A DNA stretch of 63,908 nucleotides, the filler included. It is 7 parts of 7 records of this genome, joined end to end, with 100 filler letters (N's around TTAATTAATTAA, not from the genome) between each part and the next. Parts side by side here need not be neighbours in the genome. Positions count along the whole stretch, not along the records: positions 31,499 to 43,537 come from SRR31156797_40091; positions 43,638 to 52,941 come from SRR31156797_40135; 5 more parts are not named here. One strand, 5' to 3'. The stretch's first letter is position 1. Each line of letters starts with the position of its first letter. The position numbers were made by a program, and so were the translations under genes. Below the pieces are notes generated by a model that saw only the letters and a list, made by a program, of their open reading frames with translations, ran no database searches and was not told the DNA's origin. Of the stretch, positions 40,176 to 50,966 are shown piece by piece.

Positions 40176-43151
40176 TTATTGAAGCGCATCATGGATTATT
40201 TTACTCAAGGTCACACTCCGATATGGCTTCCCGATAAAGCCTTTAAGGCCTGAAGATTTCAACTTTTCCACATCCTTTTCTTGAGAAAAGCCAGAAGAAA
40301 GCACGACTTTTACCTCAGGGTTTATTACTTTCAATTCTTTAAAACAATCTCGCCCGTTCAACAAAGGCATTATCATATCCAGTACAACCAGATCATACGG
40401 TGTTGAACAGTTCAGGTATTTCTCAATTGCGTCCTTCCCATCATTTGCGGTTTCGACAGAATATCCCAAATCCTCTAAGATAATTCTAGCCGTAGAGCGC
40501 ATCATTTCATCATCATCAACAACTAAGATATGCCCTCTACCTTGTATCTTTTCAGCTATTTTTAGAAATTGCCCACCTACCCCACTTGCCAGAGGTAATA
40601 TGATATAAAAAGAGGTCCCAACGCCCTTCTCACTGTGCACAGTTATGGAGCCATGGTGCTGACGAATTGCCCCATAAGACGAAGCAAGCCCCAAGCCAGT
40701 TCCCTTACCTTGTTCTTTAGTTGTAAAAAAAGGTTCGAAAATTTCTTGCTGGTTCTCCAGAGGGATACCGATACCTGTATCTTTAACTTCAATGCCTAAA
40801 TGTGGACCTGGATTCAGGTCAAACGAAGAAGCATCGCAGTCTGCTTGATCTAATACTATCAACTTCGTACTGTAAACAATCTCTCCTCCTTCAGCCATAG
40901 CGTGAGAGCTGTTGATCCCTAAATTTAAAAATACATTTTGTAGTTGTGACGGATCACCGACAACCATGCTCTCATCTGCATGTAACTCAGAGATCAACTT
41001 TATTCGCCTATCAATACTATTACTTAACAAGGTTACAGTATCGTTTATAATTTGATGAACATCAACTTTGGTTGAAACATTTGGTGAATTACGGGAAAAG
41101 GTAAGAAGTTTACTCGTCATTCCAGCTGCCCTTTCCGAGGATGAAAGAATCATATTTATGTATTTCTTCACTGACTCTTCATCCTTAACTTTCATAGATA
41201 AAATTTCGGTAGCTCCCATTATCCCACCAAGCAGATTGTTGAAATCATGTGCTATCCCACCAGCAAGTTGTCCGATTGCATCCATTTTCTGGGTTTGAAA
41301 CAACTGGGCTTCAAGAGCTTTTTGTTCAGTAATATCAGTGAGAGTTCCTCGAACACCGTTAACATGATCACCATCAAAAACAGGATGATGTGATGACCGT
41401 ATCCATATGGTCTCTCCAACTTTATTTTTAGCTCGGAATTCACAAGGCGACACTTTGCCTGCAAGCCCATGAATAATATGCTCTTTAACCTTTAAAATAT
41501 CTTTAGGGTGAGCGAGATCAAAGAAGTCTAAGCCTGTTGCAGTTGTTGGAGCATACCCCATTAGCGCTCCAATCCGAGGACTCAGATATGTAATTATCCC
41601 ATTCTTATCCAGTGCATATATAACATCGTTTATATTCTCGATCAGATCTCTGAGTTCTTCTTCACTGGACCGCAAAGCGTCTTCAGCGTTTTTCAACTCA
41701 GTCAGGTCATGTACAGTCGCAACCGCACCTGTTACTTGATCGTGGGAATTTCTAAATGGCGATAACGTGACGTCCATATATCTTTTCCCTGCCTTTGGAT
41801 AATAAAGCCATGCTTGAAAATTGCTTTTTTCACCGTTCAGTGCCCCAGTAAACCTCTCTTTAATATATTGATTATAACTTTGTTCCCCTGCCACCTCTTC
41901 AACAGTATAACCAATAACATCCTCACTTTTTTTGTCATAAAACTGTAGATAGGCTCTGTTTGCTGCTTGGTATCTGCAATTTTCATCTACAAAATACATC
42001 ATATCATTTGTCGCTGAGATGATAGTGGCATAACGTTCAAGCGTTTCTCTCGCCTTTCTTCGTTCCGTAATATCCTCAAAAGTGGTGTGTACTTGATAAG
42101 GATTTTGACTGGACTCATCAAAAAGAGGGATTGAATTTACCCTTAACCAGCAATATTCATTGGTTACTGAATCACGGACTCCAATTACATGGTCCATAAC
42201 ACGTTTACCGGTCGCCATAGCGATCATTGCAGGATGTTTTTCCTTTGTAATTTGTGTCCCATCTTCACGTATACAATCCCACAAAAGGTCCGACGAATGT
42301 GGCTTTGAAAAATGCTTTTCCTTTAAACCAAAAAAATGCAGTGCGGCAGGATTAGCAGATAATATTGCCCCACCAGAATCTTGGTAAACAACACCTTGAA
42401 CCATGGTTTCAAATAATTTTCGGTGTCGCTCTTCGCTGATTCGTATAGTAGAAAATGCTTCCACAAGATTAGTGCGCATATCATTAAGAGATTTTTCCAA
42501 GACATCTAACTCATCACCCTCAACAGGCCCTTTTGCGTTACGGCTCAACTGTATTGGTATATCCAGGTTGTCAACAGTGAGTAGACTTGCTTGAGACGCT
42601 ATTTCAGCTAAATGTCTCCCGGCTAAGAAATAGAACAGGAACAGAAACAGTATAACAATTACAAATGAATTGATTGCCTGCGATACAAGAATTTTAAACG
42701 CCAGTGAGAGAAGATCATTATGCAGGGGAGCAAAATCAGGTGTTACCTCCAGAGAACCAAGTGTTACAATATCACCACGATCCGAGTAACTTAACGGGAA
42801 CGAGAGAGAACGAACATTCCTCGCTGGTTCGGAGCCAGCTTGCCAAGATGATTGCCCTTGACCTTTAACTTGTCCAAAGGATACAGTAGGGAGGTCGACA
42901 AGAGCCCTGAGCTGCGTTTTAAGTAAAATACTGTCATAATCCCAGAGGCTTTGAGAAAGCCCCGCCGAGTGAACCTCACACACTTCCTTCAGTCTTTCAA
43001 CACCTTCTTTTTTGTTATTATTATATTCAAGATAGAGAAGAGCACCTGATCCCAATATCGTCCATAAAATGCTTACGGCAAAGGTTACTAAAGATATTTT
43101 CAAGGCCAAAGGCGACGGTTTAAAATTCATCGGCATGTTAAGCTGTCTCAA
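40176..43151 (-). CDS. Hybrid sensor kinase (2 TM, HAMP, 3 PAS, HisKA, HATPase, REC)
   Basis: [49 protein letters not shown]...LDMIMP. True start may be ATG 43136 or 43130. Confidence 0.93.
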   Translation of the reverse strand: MRQLNMPMNFKPSPLALKISLVTFAVSILWTILGSGALLYLEYNNNKKEGVERLKEVCEVHSAGLSQSLWDYDSILLKTQLRALVDLPTVSFGQVKGQGQSSWQAGSEPARNVRSLSFPLSYSDRGDIVTLGSLEVTPDFAPLHNDLLSLAFKILVSQAINSFVIVILFLFLFYFLAGRHLAEIASQASLLTVDNLDIPIQLSRNAKGPVEGDELDVLEKSLNDMRTNLVEAFSTIRISEERHRKLFETMVQGVVYQDSGGAILSANPAALHFFGLKEKHFSKPHSSDLLWDCIREDGTQITKEKHPAMIAMATGKRVMDHVIGVRDSVTNEYCWLRVNSIPLFDESSQNPYQVHTTFEDITERRKARETLERYATIISATNDMMYFVDENCRYQAANRAYLQFYDKKSEDVIGYTVEEVAGEQSYNQYIKERFTGALNGEKSNFQAWLYYPKAGKRYMDVTLSPFRNSHDQVTGAVATVHDLTELKNAEDALRSSEEELRDLIENINDVIYALDKNGIITYLSPRIGALMGYAPTTATGLDFFDLAHPKDILKVKEHIIHGLAGKVSPCEFRAKNKVGETIWIRSSHHPVFDGDHVNGVRGTLTDITEQKALEAQLFQTQKMDAIGQLAGGIAHDFNNLLGGIMGATEILSMKVKDEESVKKYINMILSSSERAAGMTSKLLTFSRNSPNVSTKVDVHQIINDTVTLLSNSIDRRIKLISELHADESMVVGDPSQLQNVFLNLGINSSHAMAEGGEIVYSTKLIVLDQADCDASSFDLNPGPHLGIEVKDTGIGIPLENQQEIFEPFFTTKEQGKGTGLGLASSYGAIRQHHGSITVHSEKGVGTSFYIILPLASGVGGQFLKIAEKIQGRGHILVVDDDEMMRSTARIILEDLGYSVETANDGKDAIEKYLNCSTPYDLVVLDMIMPLLNGRDCFKELKVINPEVKVVLSSGFSQEKDVEKLKSSGLKGFIGKPYRSVTLSKIIHDALQ

Positions 43152-43230
43152 TCCTCTATTTCGTTCTCACCATTTAAGCAGAGCGGCTTTGGATAGTTTT
43201 AGATAGGTATCCTGGTGTTTATTATTTTAG

Positions 43231-43537
43231 CTAAGCTGAAGACCCTTTCGTCTGTTTGATTATAGTGTCAAAAGCTCCGTCACGTCACATTTTTTCCAAC
43301 ATTTTACCCAGCTGCCCGGCAAGAATCCGATGTTCTTTGTGACAATAAGCATATATCCTGGTTTCTTTTAGTCGTGCCACTCCCTTGGCATCAGCAAGGT
43401 ACTCCTTATTGACAATAAGTAAATGTCCGTCTGCGCTTTCGCCAATTGCAACATCACCCCTGCCTCCTGCCAACATTTCCAATCCCAGTACATCCCTCCC
43501 GACTGTTTTTACCAACTCAGGAGACACAAAAAAAGGG
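43231..43537 (-). pseudogene. 3' end of a family 3 solute-binding protein gene with premature TGA (5' truncated)
   Basis: GLEMLAGGRGDVAI...LGKMLEKM*RDGAFDTIIKQ; the frame after TGA 43287-85 continues the family C-terminal motif to TAG at 43231. Confidence 0.55.
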
Positions 43538-43637
43538 NNNNNNNNNNNNNNNNNNNNNNNNNNNNNNNNNNNNNNNNNNNNTTAATTAATTAANNNNNNN
43601 NNNNNNNNNNNNNNNNNNNNNNNNNNNNNNNNNNNNN
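43538..43637. other. Artificial contig spacer
   Basis: N44-TTAATTAATTAA-N44. Confidence 0.98.
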
Positions 43638-43966
43638 ACGAAAAGATGGTGTTCCTAAGTCGCTTACCGTTATTTTATAAGAGTCTGCTTGACTACAATA
43701 CGGTGCCTTCAGGAAAGAAAACAGATCATTTCTATTTTATACTCAACAACCAGCCCAAAGCAGGGCTAACAGAGGTTGATTGGGATGACTTGGAAGTAGC
43801 GACTTGGCTTCCATATATTGGAGTAAACAATCTTCGTAAAAAGGTTTTAAAAGCAATCGATTTGGGAGGGAGGCTTGTTGCTCATACAGAAACGGCAGCA
43901 GTAATTCTTGATCCTAGTGGCGCGGCAATCGGGCTACAACTACTACTTCCTAGAGGAGAGGAATAA
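43638..43966 (+). CDS. VOC/glyoxalase-family protein, C-terminal part (5' truncated)
   Basis: FYKSLLDY...WLPYIGV...A..LGG...AVILDPSGAAIGL pattern. Confidence 0.7.
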
Positions 43967-44253
43967 TGGTATCCAAAATTGTTTATGGAACTCTCATTCT
44001 GTCGCTCTTTCTCCTCTATGGCTGCGCAGGGGGCCGAAGTGGCTACAGCCGTGCATCATACGGACATCGATATGGATCTGACCCTTTTTATCACCGAGGT
44101 GGTTATGTGCGGGACCGGGTACATGTTGTTTCCGAGGATGAGATAAGGGCAATTGAAGAGGTTGAGGCTGCCACCCTGCCATCAAATCCTTCTGATTCTG
44201 CACCTGACATGGGCATGGATATGGATATGGGAGACTTCGATGCGGACTTTTGA
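43966..44253 (+). CDS. Small lipoprotein with Met/Asp-rich tail
   Basis: Lipobox LYGC; TAATG overlap with the upstream gene; C-terminus DMGMDMDMGDFDADF. Confidence 0.7.
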   Translation: MVSKIVYGTLILSLFLLYGCAGGRSGYSRASYGHRYGSDPFYHRGGYVRDRVHVVSEDEIRAIEEVEAATLPSNPSDSAPDMGMDMDMGDFDADF

Positions 44254-44325
44254 GGTGTTTATTACCAGTAGCTATTAGTGAACAACAGGAAACCAGCTTC
44301 TGGTAATAAACTCCAACTATTGCAC

Positions 44326-44556
44326 ATGGAAAATAGCGGAATTTTGTTTAAAGGTATGGGCACTCTCACGGCTACTGATATTTTAGGTGTAAAGAATAAA
44401 ATATATGAAAGGCCATAAAAGATACAAGCCATTGCTTGTCCATTGGTTGATCTTTTTAATGTTACGTAGCTTGCTGTGACTAATTCAGAAAATAAGCTGA
44501 TAGCTGAACAAAATAAACTTTCTGGATTTTCTGATATCCCTGATCTTATCAGATAA
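44326..44556 (+). pseudogene. Probable decayed small hypothetical gene
   Basis: MENSGILFKGMGTLTATDILGVKNKIYERP*KIQAIA..LVDLFNVT*LAVTNSENKLIAEQ reads as one protein-like frame with two internal stops. Confidence 0.4.
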
Positions 44557-44788
44557 AATATTCAGCTTGTCGACACTTTAAAAAGGACAACTCGGTGGCA
44601 TCATGGATATTTAAACACATGTTACGAGGAACATGAGATATCTAAACCGGTAAAGCTGGGCAAAATTAAAGATATTTGATGTGGCATTTTCAATTATCTA
44701 AGATTTTGCTATCCACGATTTAACCTACCTCACAGGGGCACACACATAGCCACAGTTGATGCAAATATACTTTCCGCTTTGTCCGTGA

Positions 44789-47230
44789 TTACACTGTAAA
44801 ATATTTTGCCCGGGGATGGTGCACCACAATGGCTGAGGTTGTCTGTTCAGGCACCATCTGCATGTTCTCAGTCAAACTTACCCCAATCCTTTCAGGTCTA
44901 AGGAAGGCAAAAAGCGACTTATGGACCTCCAAATCAGGGCAGGCCGGATAGCCAAAACCGTAGCGTGAACCTTTATACCCCTTGGTTACAATACCATCAG
45001 CCTCGTCGCCACCTATCCCCAACTCTCGTCGCATCCTGGCATGCCAGTACTCAGCCAGGGCATCGGTCAGCTCCACGCTGAACCCGTGGAGCATGAGATA
45101 GTCATGATACGCATCACCCTTATAAAGCTTGGCTGTTTTTTCTGCTATTTTATCACCAATGGTGACTACAAAAAAGCCAGCAATATCGGCACCCTCTTCC
45201 TTTGTTTTAAAATAATCAGCTATACAACGAAAAGGAGTCGACTGCTGCCGTGGAAAACCAAAGGGGTAGATATCACCATCAGCTTCAACATATACAGTAT
45301 CGCCTTCTGCATAAGAGCGGAAATACCCATAGCTCGCCTTAGGTGTAAGAAGCTCCTGCTCAACAGTTGAGCGGCACAACTCAGCATATATCGGTTCAAC
45401 AGTACTTTCTATGAGCTCCTGATATTCTTCTGCACCCATCTTGCCCCGCCGGTATCCCCAGCGTCCACGGATAAGCGCATGCTTATTAATTAAAGGAAAG
45501 AGCTGCTCAGGGTCAATATCTTCGAAGTATCGTTGACCAAGAAAGGGTGGTTCAGGTACACGAACATTGCGGTCAACAGAATTGTCCTTAACTCCAGGCT
45601 TCTTTGTTTGCACGGTCTGCTTCTGGTCAAAAACAGTGGAGACCAGTGTTCCTTCTTCAAACTCGCGCACCGCTTTCAGACCAGCAAAGGCGTCCTGACA
45701 GTAGACAACCGGCGCGTCATAGCCGGGTACGCACGACTCTGCTACAAACTTAGGGGTCAATGCTGCCCCACCAAGGAGAATTGGGCTCTTTAAACCTGCC
45801 TCTTTATACTGCGGCATGGATTCCTGCATAACGATGGCAGACTTCACCAACAGGCCACTGAGGCCAATGACGTCCACATCATACTCCTTGGCCTTGGCAA
45901 TTATGGCCTCTGCCGACATTTTAATGCCTGCGTTGTAAACCTTAAACCCGTTGTTTGAGAGGATGATCTCAACCAGGTTTTTCCCGATATCATGCACATC
46001 ACCTTGCACCGTGGCTAAGAGCACCTTCGTGGCGCTCTCTCCATCAATTTTCTCCATAAACGGTTCAAGAAAGGTGACTGATTTCCTCATCACTTCAGCA
46101 GACTGGAGGACAAAAGGAAGTAATATCTCCCCTTTGCCAAACAACTCACCAACGTGACGCATGGCAGGAACCAGGATCTGGTTTATTATTTCAAGGGAGG
46201 CATAACGCTGCAGGAGCGCAGGGAGAATATCCTCCACTCCATCTTTGTCGCCGGTTACAACATTTTGAAATAGTTGTTCTTCCAGGGTCTTTTTGGATGC
46301 TTCTTCTTCATCAAACCCGTCATCATTCATGTCACTGAAAAAATCAATAAAGTGCATGAGCGGCGTTTCTTCGCTTTCGCCCTGGCGGTCGTAGAGTAAA
46401 TCCAGACAGACCTGCCGATCTTCCTCACTAATTCGAGCAAGCGGTATAATTTTCGCAGCATCCACAATGGCTGCGTCAAGCCCTGCTTCCACTGCCTCAT
46501 GGAGAAAAACCGAATTGAGTACCCGGCGCGCTTTGGGAGCCAGGCCAAAGGAGATATTGCTTAGTCCCAGCACGGTAAGGGAGCCGGGCAGCTCTTTTTT
46601 GATCAGCTTTATCCCCTCAATGGTTTGGATCGCCGCATCACGCAGGTTTTCATCACCAGAACCAACGGTGAAAGTCAGGCAATCAAACATAAGATCGCTT
46701 GGCCGAAGACCAAACTCATCCACTGCAATGTCGTGAATTTCTTTGGCAACAGAGATCTTTTCCTGGGCCGTCATAGCCATGCCTTTTTCACTGATGGTCA
46801 GTGCAACTAATGCCGCACCATACTCTTTTGCTGCCGCGCAAACACGCCTCAGATTTGTCCCCCCATCTTCCAGATTAATGGAGTTGATGATGCAACGGCC
46901 GGGATAAATTTTCAGGCAGGCCTCAATGCATTCCGGGGTGGTTGAATCAATCATCAATGGTGCTTTGATGGAGCTAGCACACATTTTGACCAGGGTGGTT
47001 ATATCTGTGAGTTCATCGCGACCAGCATAGGCAGTACAGATATCAATAATATGCGCACCCTTGGCCTCCTGCTCCTGGGCAATTTTGAGGCAGCTCTCGT
47101 AATCATCAGCTAAAAGCAGCTCACGAAACTTCTTGGACCCGTTGGAGTTGGCTCGTTCACCAATGAGCAGTGGCGGTATTTCCTGCTGCAGTTCAACGGC
47201 CTGATACAAGCTTGCTACAGAAGGTTTCAT
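44789..47230 (-). CDS. metH: B12-dependent methionine synthase: pterin-binding, cap, cobalamin and activation domains (split MetH, part 2)
   Basis: IGERANSNGSKKF, IDST, INSINLEDG, GLSNISFG, LPFVLQSAE, GDVHDIGKN, SGLL, GYPACPD, PEQTTSA. Confidence 0.95.
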   Translation of the reverse strand: MKPSVASLYQAVELQQEIPPLLIGERANSNGSKKFRELLLADDYESCLKIAQEQEAKGAHIIDICTAYAGRDELTDITTLVKMCASSIKAPLMIDSTTPECIEACLKIYPGRCIINSINLEDGGTNLRRVCAAAKEYGAALVALTISEKGMAMTAQEKISVAKEIHDIAVDEFGLRPSDLMFDCLTFTVGSGDENLRDAAIQTIEGIKLIKKELPGSLTVLGLSNISFGLAPKARRVLNSVFLHEAVEAGLDAAIVDAAKIIPLARISEEDRQVCLDLLYDRQGESEETPLMHFIDFFSDMNDDGFDEEEASKKTLEEQLFQNVVTGDKDGVEDILPALLQRYASLEIINQILVPAMRHVGELFGKGEILLPFVLQSAEVMRKSVTFLEPFMEKIDGESATKVLLATVQGDVHDIGKNLVEIILSNNGFKVYNAGIKMSAEAIIAKAKEYDVDVIGLSGLLVKSAIVMQESMPQYKEAGLKSPILLGGAALTPKFVAESCVPGYDAPVVYCQDAFAGLKAVREFEEGTLVSTVFDQKQTVQTKKPGVKDNSVDRNVRVPEPPFLGQRYFEDIDPEQLFPLINKHALIRGRWGYRRGKMGAEEYQELIESTVEPIYAELCRSTVEQELLTPKASYGYFRSYAEGDTVYVEADGDIYPFGFPRQQSTPFRCIADYFKTKEEGADIAGFFVVTIGDKIAEKTAKLYKGDAYHDYLMLHGFSVELTDALAEYWHARMRRELGIGGDEADGIVTKGYKGSRYGFGYPACPDLEVHKSLFAFLRPERIGVSLTENMQMVPEQTTSAIVVHHPRAKYFTV

Positions 47231-48153
47231 TTGATCACCTCCCGTACTGCAGGCTTAACCCCTTCAAGAGTCTGCACGAGCATCTTGGTATGCTCGGGGG
47301 TGGTCCCACAACATCCGCCAACAATGGAAACGCCAAACTCTTCAATGAACCGCTTCATGTCCTGGGCATACTGTTTGGGAGAGAGCGGGTAGCAGGTCTT
47401 GCCATCCACCACTTCAGGCATTCCCTGGTTGGGTACGCAGGAAATACGTTTTGTCCAATTTTGACTTAAGTATCTGATATGCGATTCCATTTCCGTCGGC
47501 CCTGTAGCACAGTTTAAGCCAAAAGACATCAATGGAAAGGGATCAAAGGTGACCGCAGCAGCAGCGATGTCTGTACCCACCAGCATGGTCCCGGTCCGCT
47601 CAATGGTCACTGAAGCCATCACCGGAATATCTTTTTTACCCAACTCGTCCAGCACCCTGAAGCAGGTGGTCATAGCAGTTTTTATCTGGAGTAGATCCTG
47701 GCAGGTTTCGATGATGAGCAGGTCCACCCCACCCTTTACCAAGGCTTGTATCTGTTCTTCTGTGGCCTTGGCTAAATCTTCCACTTCAATATGACCAAGG
47801 GAGGGGAGCTTGGTACCTGGGCCAACCGAGCCCGCAATGTATGTGTTGGGCTTGCCGTTGATCGCTTTACGGGCACATTCCACCCCGGCAAGATTGATCT
47901 CTTCAACCTTGTTCTCAAGCTCATATTCGGCCAGGACGATTGAGCTTGCTCCAAAGGTATTGGTTTCAATCACCATCGCTCCTGCATCAACAAAGCTCTT
48001 ATGCAGGGTCACAATGGACTCTGGGGAGCTTATGTTCAGCAGCTCATTGCATCCTTCTTTGCCTTCCCATGCTTCCTGGGGAATATCCATTAACTGCAGA
48101 TTGGTTCCACAGGCGCCATCAATAATCAGTATTTCGTGCTCAGTTACTTTCAT
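47227..48153 (-). CDS. metH: Homocysteine S-methyltransferase domain (split MetH, part 1)
   Basis: IDGACGT, ETNTFGA, GSVGPG, IETCQD, Zn ligands GLNC and GGCCGT; ATGA overlap with part 2. Confidence 0.92.
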   Translation of the reverse strand: MKVTEHEILIIDGACGTNLQLMDIPQEAWEGKEGCNELLNISSPESIVTLHKSFVDAGAMVIETNTFGASSIVLAEYELENKVEEINLAGVECARKAINGKPNTYIAGSVGPGTKLPSLGHIEVEDLAKATEEQIQALVKGGVDLLIIETCQDLLQIKTAMTTCFRVLDELGKKDIPVMASVTIERTGTMLVGTDIAAAAVTFDPFPLMSFGLNCATGPTEMESHIRYLSQNWTKRISCVPNQGMPEVVDGKTCYPLSPKQYAQDMKRFIEEFGVSIVGGCCGTTPEHTKMLVQTLEGVKPAVREVIK

Positions 48154-48344
48154 GTTGTACCAGGTTATTTATCTTGTCATTACTCCACTCCTAAAACCAA
48201 CTGACATCAGTAAGTTGTTGGAGTAGTTCAATGGTATTTTTTTTATAGGAATCTTGGGCAACTTATTATTACAACAAGTCAGGTGAATTACTTTTCACAT
48301 ACATGCGGAAAGATCCAGTACCCAGTAAGCAGTTACAAAACTGG

Positions 48345-49217
48345 TTAATAAAGGCCATCCATTACCTGCAGGGACATTCCCGCTTTATTCAGGGTGTAGA
48401 GATGTACTCCCGGGGCACCGCCTTCAAGGAGTTCACGGACCTGCTTGCGAGCATATTCCACCCCTATCTCATACACAGCCTTGTTTCCGCCTTCATTATT
48501 AGCCTTCATCAATGCATTAATCAGCTGTCCTGGTACCTTTGCATTACATAACTCAAGAATAAACCGCAGAGAGGCTAGGTTACGAATAGGCAAAACACCA
48601 GGGATAACAGGTACACTTAGCCCTCTTTTTTTCAGCCGCTCAACATAATCGAAATAAACCCGATTATCGAAATAGAGTTGGGTGATGATAAAATCAGCAC
48701 CACATTCAACTTTAGTGGACATGACGTCCAAATCAGCTGGAATGGACGGAGACTCTGAATGAGCTTCAGGAAATCCTGCAACGCCTATGGAGAGATCCGG
48801 GTAGTTCCGCTGCACATACTGCACCAAGTCAGAGGCATAGGGGAAGGTTGCAAACAGTTCCTCATCAGTCCCGCTAAAATCACTTGGTCTGTCTCCTCGT
48901 AGGGCGAGAACATTGTCGATACCCATGGGGCCAAGCTCACGGAGGAAACCGTCGATCTTTTTTTCATCAGCAGCGACACCCGTCAGGTGAGGCATTACCT
49001 CATAGCCGCACTGGTCAATGAGCTGTTCACAGATTTCCAGGGTATTGTTCTGGGTAGACCCTCCAGCTCCATAGGTTACCGATGCAAAAAGAGGGTTCAA
49101 CACTTTGAGCCTGGTCGCAATTTCCAGGAACTTGGGCCAATCTTCTTGCGTTTTCGGCGGAAAAAACTCCAAGGAAACAAATGGCCCTGACTGCTTAATT
49201 TGTTCAGATATTTGCAT
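48345..49217 (-). CDS. metF: 5,10-methylenetetrahydrofolate reductase
   Basis: SLEFFPPK, SVTYGAGGS, PHLT, LALRGD, FPEAH, ITQLYFD, HLYTLN motifs. Confidence 0.95.
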   Translation of the reverse strand: MQISEQIKQSGPFVSLEFFPPKTQEDWPKFLEIATRLKVLNPLFASVTYGAGGSTQNNTLEICEQLIDQCGYEVMPHLTGVAADEKKIDGFLRELGPMGIDNVLALRGDRPSDFSGTDEELFATFPYASDLVQYVQRNYPDLSIGVAGFPEAHSESPSIPADLDVMSTKVECGADFIITQLYFDNRVYFDYVERLKKRGLSVPVIPGVLPIRNLASLRFILELCNAKVPGQLINALMKANNEGGNKAVYEIGVEYARKQVRELLEGGAPGVHLYTLNKAGMSLQVMDGLY

Positions 49218-49365
49218 ATATGACTCCAAATCATCCCGCTGGTAGTGTGGAGAAAACTATCAACTTTCAGATATAATCTTTCCGTTTTCTTACTATTCCA
49301 ACTTTTTTTTATACCTACTGGGGCACCCTTTACCAAGGGTGTGAATAGCAACTTACTTAAATCCT

Positions 49366-49776
49366 TTAAAAGGCGGAACTACATGCAGCGAAGGGGCAGC
49401 TTGGTAAGCAGGCCAGACACTCAACACATTTCTCTTCATTAAAGCCGACTGTTCTGCTGTCTTTATCGACATAATGCAGGGCTCCGGTGGGGCAATGGAC
49501 AATGCAATTGCCACAATGGGCGCACTGCCCAGAATCCCACTGTAAACCAATATCTCCGGCATGGATTTCCACCTCAAGCTCATTGAGGAAGGTGTACGCG
49601 CGTTCCATGTCCTCATTCGTACCGGTAATTTCAAGAGAGAGGTACCCCTCCTCTTCCGGGGTAACCTTTGCCCGATAAATATTCACCACAAGGTTGTGTT
49701 CCCTGACCAACTGGTAAATGATCGGCTTTTCAATCTCGCTTTTTGGAATATAGAGAAAGACTTTTTTGGTAATCAT
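49366..49776 (-). CDS. NIL domain + 2x[4Fe-4S] ferredoxin (MA1822-like partner of homocysteine synthase)
   Basis: KPIIYQLV...VNIYRAKV NIL motif; CAHCGNCIVHCP and CVECLACLPSCP; ATGA overlap with the upstream gene. Confidence 0.9.
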   Translation of the reverse strand: MITKKVFLYIPKSEIEKPIIYQLVREHNLVVNIYRAKVTPEEEGYLSLEITGTNEDMERAYTFLNELEVEIHAGDIGLQWDSGQCAHCGNCIVHCPTGALHYVDKDSRTVGFNEEKCVECLACLPSCPFAACSSAF

Positions 49777-50966
49777 ACTTTTCCTCGTACCACTTCCAGC
49801 CCCTGCATTTTCTGGTTCACCGGCAGTCGCTGACTTGGTTCGGCTAACAGGAACTTTCCATCCTCAACCTCTGCTTTGAGGATACCGGCAATTTTTTGGG
49901 CTTTGCTATACGAAGATATTGAAGATACTTTGACCTTTTTTCCATTCAGTTCCACTTGTCCTGAACGAAGCTCTTCGTATGAGTAGCGGGCAAGTGTTTT
50001 ACCCGTTTTCTGAGGGTAGTCTACCGAGTAGTCGGTGACGTAACCAAAGAGCTCGCTGTCCCGTACGGTTGTTCTTTTTAAAATCTCTGCACTCAGAATG
50101 GGAATGGGGATGCCGACTCCAAGCGCAAGGGAAGTTCCGTAGCCTTTAAAGCTGGCACCCCTCACAAATTCCGGGTCCATATCTTTCATGTTGCCTGAAA
50201 GTGCAAGAGTCCCTGCCCCTTCAACGGGAACGCCGTTATCTCCCCGTTCAACATCGCTGCAATGCTGTGTCCCCTGGGAATAGACTATGCCATGGGCTCC
50301 GGCCAGCCATACCTTTGTGCCCATGCCTATGGTCTCATAAAAAGGATCATTCAGCAGTGGAGAGAGCTGCCCTGCAGACGAATAGGTCATATTGCGCATG
50401 TTGGGCTTTAAGATACCCAGGTAGGTATAAATTGTCTTGTCCGAGGTATTGACGGCGATATTGTAATTCTGGTAGCAGTTCCGTGGGTTGGTCATGATCG
50501 CTTGGTTGAGATCATTGATATCAAACATGGTTCGAATTTCTTTTCTCGGATAATCGTCGGTACCGTAGGAGAGGCCAAAAAGCTGCAGTTTCTTACCAGC
50601 AACAAGGTCCTCGATAACGTGGCCTCCACCATAGAGAAATTCTCCGGGGAAATACATGTTGGCCGGATCGTTATGTCGAAGCTGGGTTGCACCAAGATAC
50701 ACATCTACCGCTGCAATGCCGCAATACACCGGAACATCTTCTATCCACGCCTCGGAAATACGAATTTTTGGTTTGGAATGGCCAAAGTTGAGAACACAAC
50801 CGGAGGAACACATAGGACCAAATGTTGCGGTCGTTACAACGTCTACTTCTTTTGCGGCCTTTTCCAGCCCTTTCTTGTCTACATATTCGGTAACCTCCTC
50901 GGCGGTTAAAACAACCGCTTTTCCAGAAGCTATTTTTTCGTTTATTTCAGCATAACTTTTTGACAT
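49773..50966 (-). CDS. Homocysteine biosynthesis protein (DUF39, aspartate-semialdehyde sulfurtransferase, MA1821-like)
   Basis: KSYAEINEKI..GKAVVLTAEE, VDVVTTATFGPMCSSG, YGGGHVIEDL, PRNCYQNY, YTYLG, LSPLLNDP, GTQH; no C-terminal CBS pair. Confidence 0.9.
   Translation of the reverse strand: MSKSYAEINEKIASGKAVVLTAEEVTEYVDKKGLEKAAKEVDVVTTATFGPMCSSGCVLNFGHSKPKIRISEAWIEDVPVYCGIAAVDVYLGATQLRHNDPANMYFPGEFLYGGGHVIEDLVAGKKLQLFGLSYGTDDYPRKEIRTMFDINDLNQAIMTNPRNCYQNYNIAVNTSDKTIYTYLGILKPNMRNMTYSSAGQLSPLLNDPFYETIGMGTKVWLAGAHGIVYSQGTQHCSDVERGDNGVPVEGAGTLALSGNMKDMDPEFVRGASFKGYGTSLALGVGIPIPILSAEILKRTTVRDSELFGYVTDYSVDYPQKTGKTLARYSYEELRSGQVELNGKKVKVSSISSYSKAQKIAGILKAEVEDGKFLLAEPSQRLPVNQKMQGLEVVRGKV

Noticed and set aside
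31499-43537. TGA recoding in this contig (in-frame TGAs at 34200 and 43287)
   Set aside because: Intact genes in the same contig (ArsR, cupin) terminate at TGA at expected positions; simple nonsense decay is more likely.
49255-49278. SahR/MetR-like dyad before metF (TATC-N8-GATA)
   Set aside because: Only a 4-bp half-site, spacing does not fit the consensus I recall, and there is no second good copy in the cluster.
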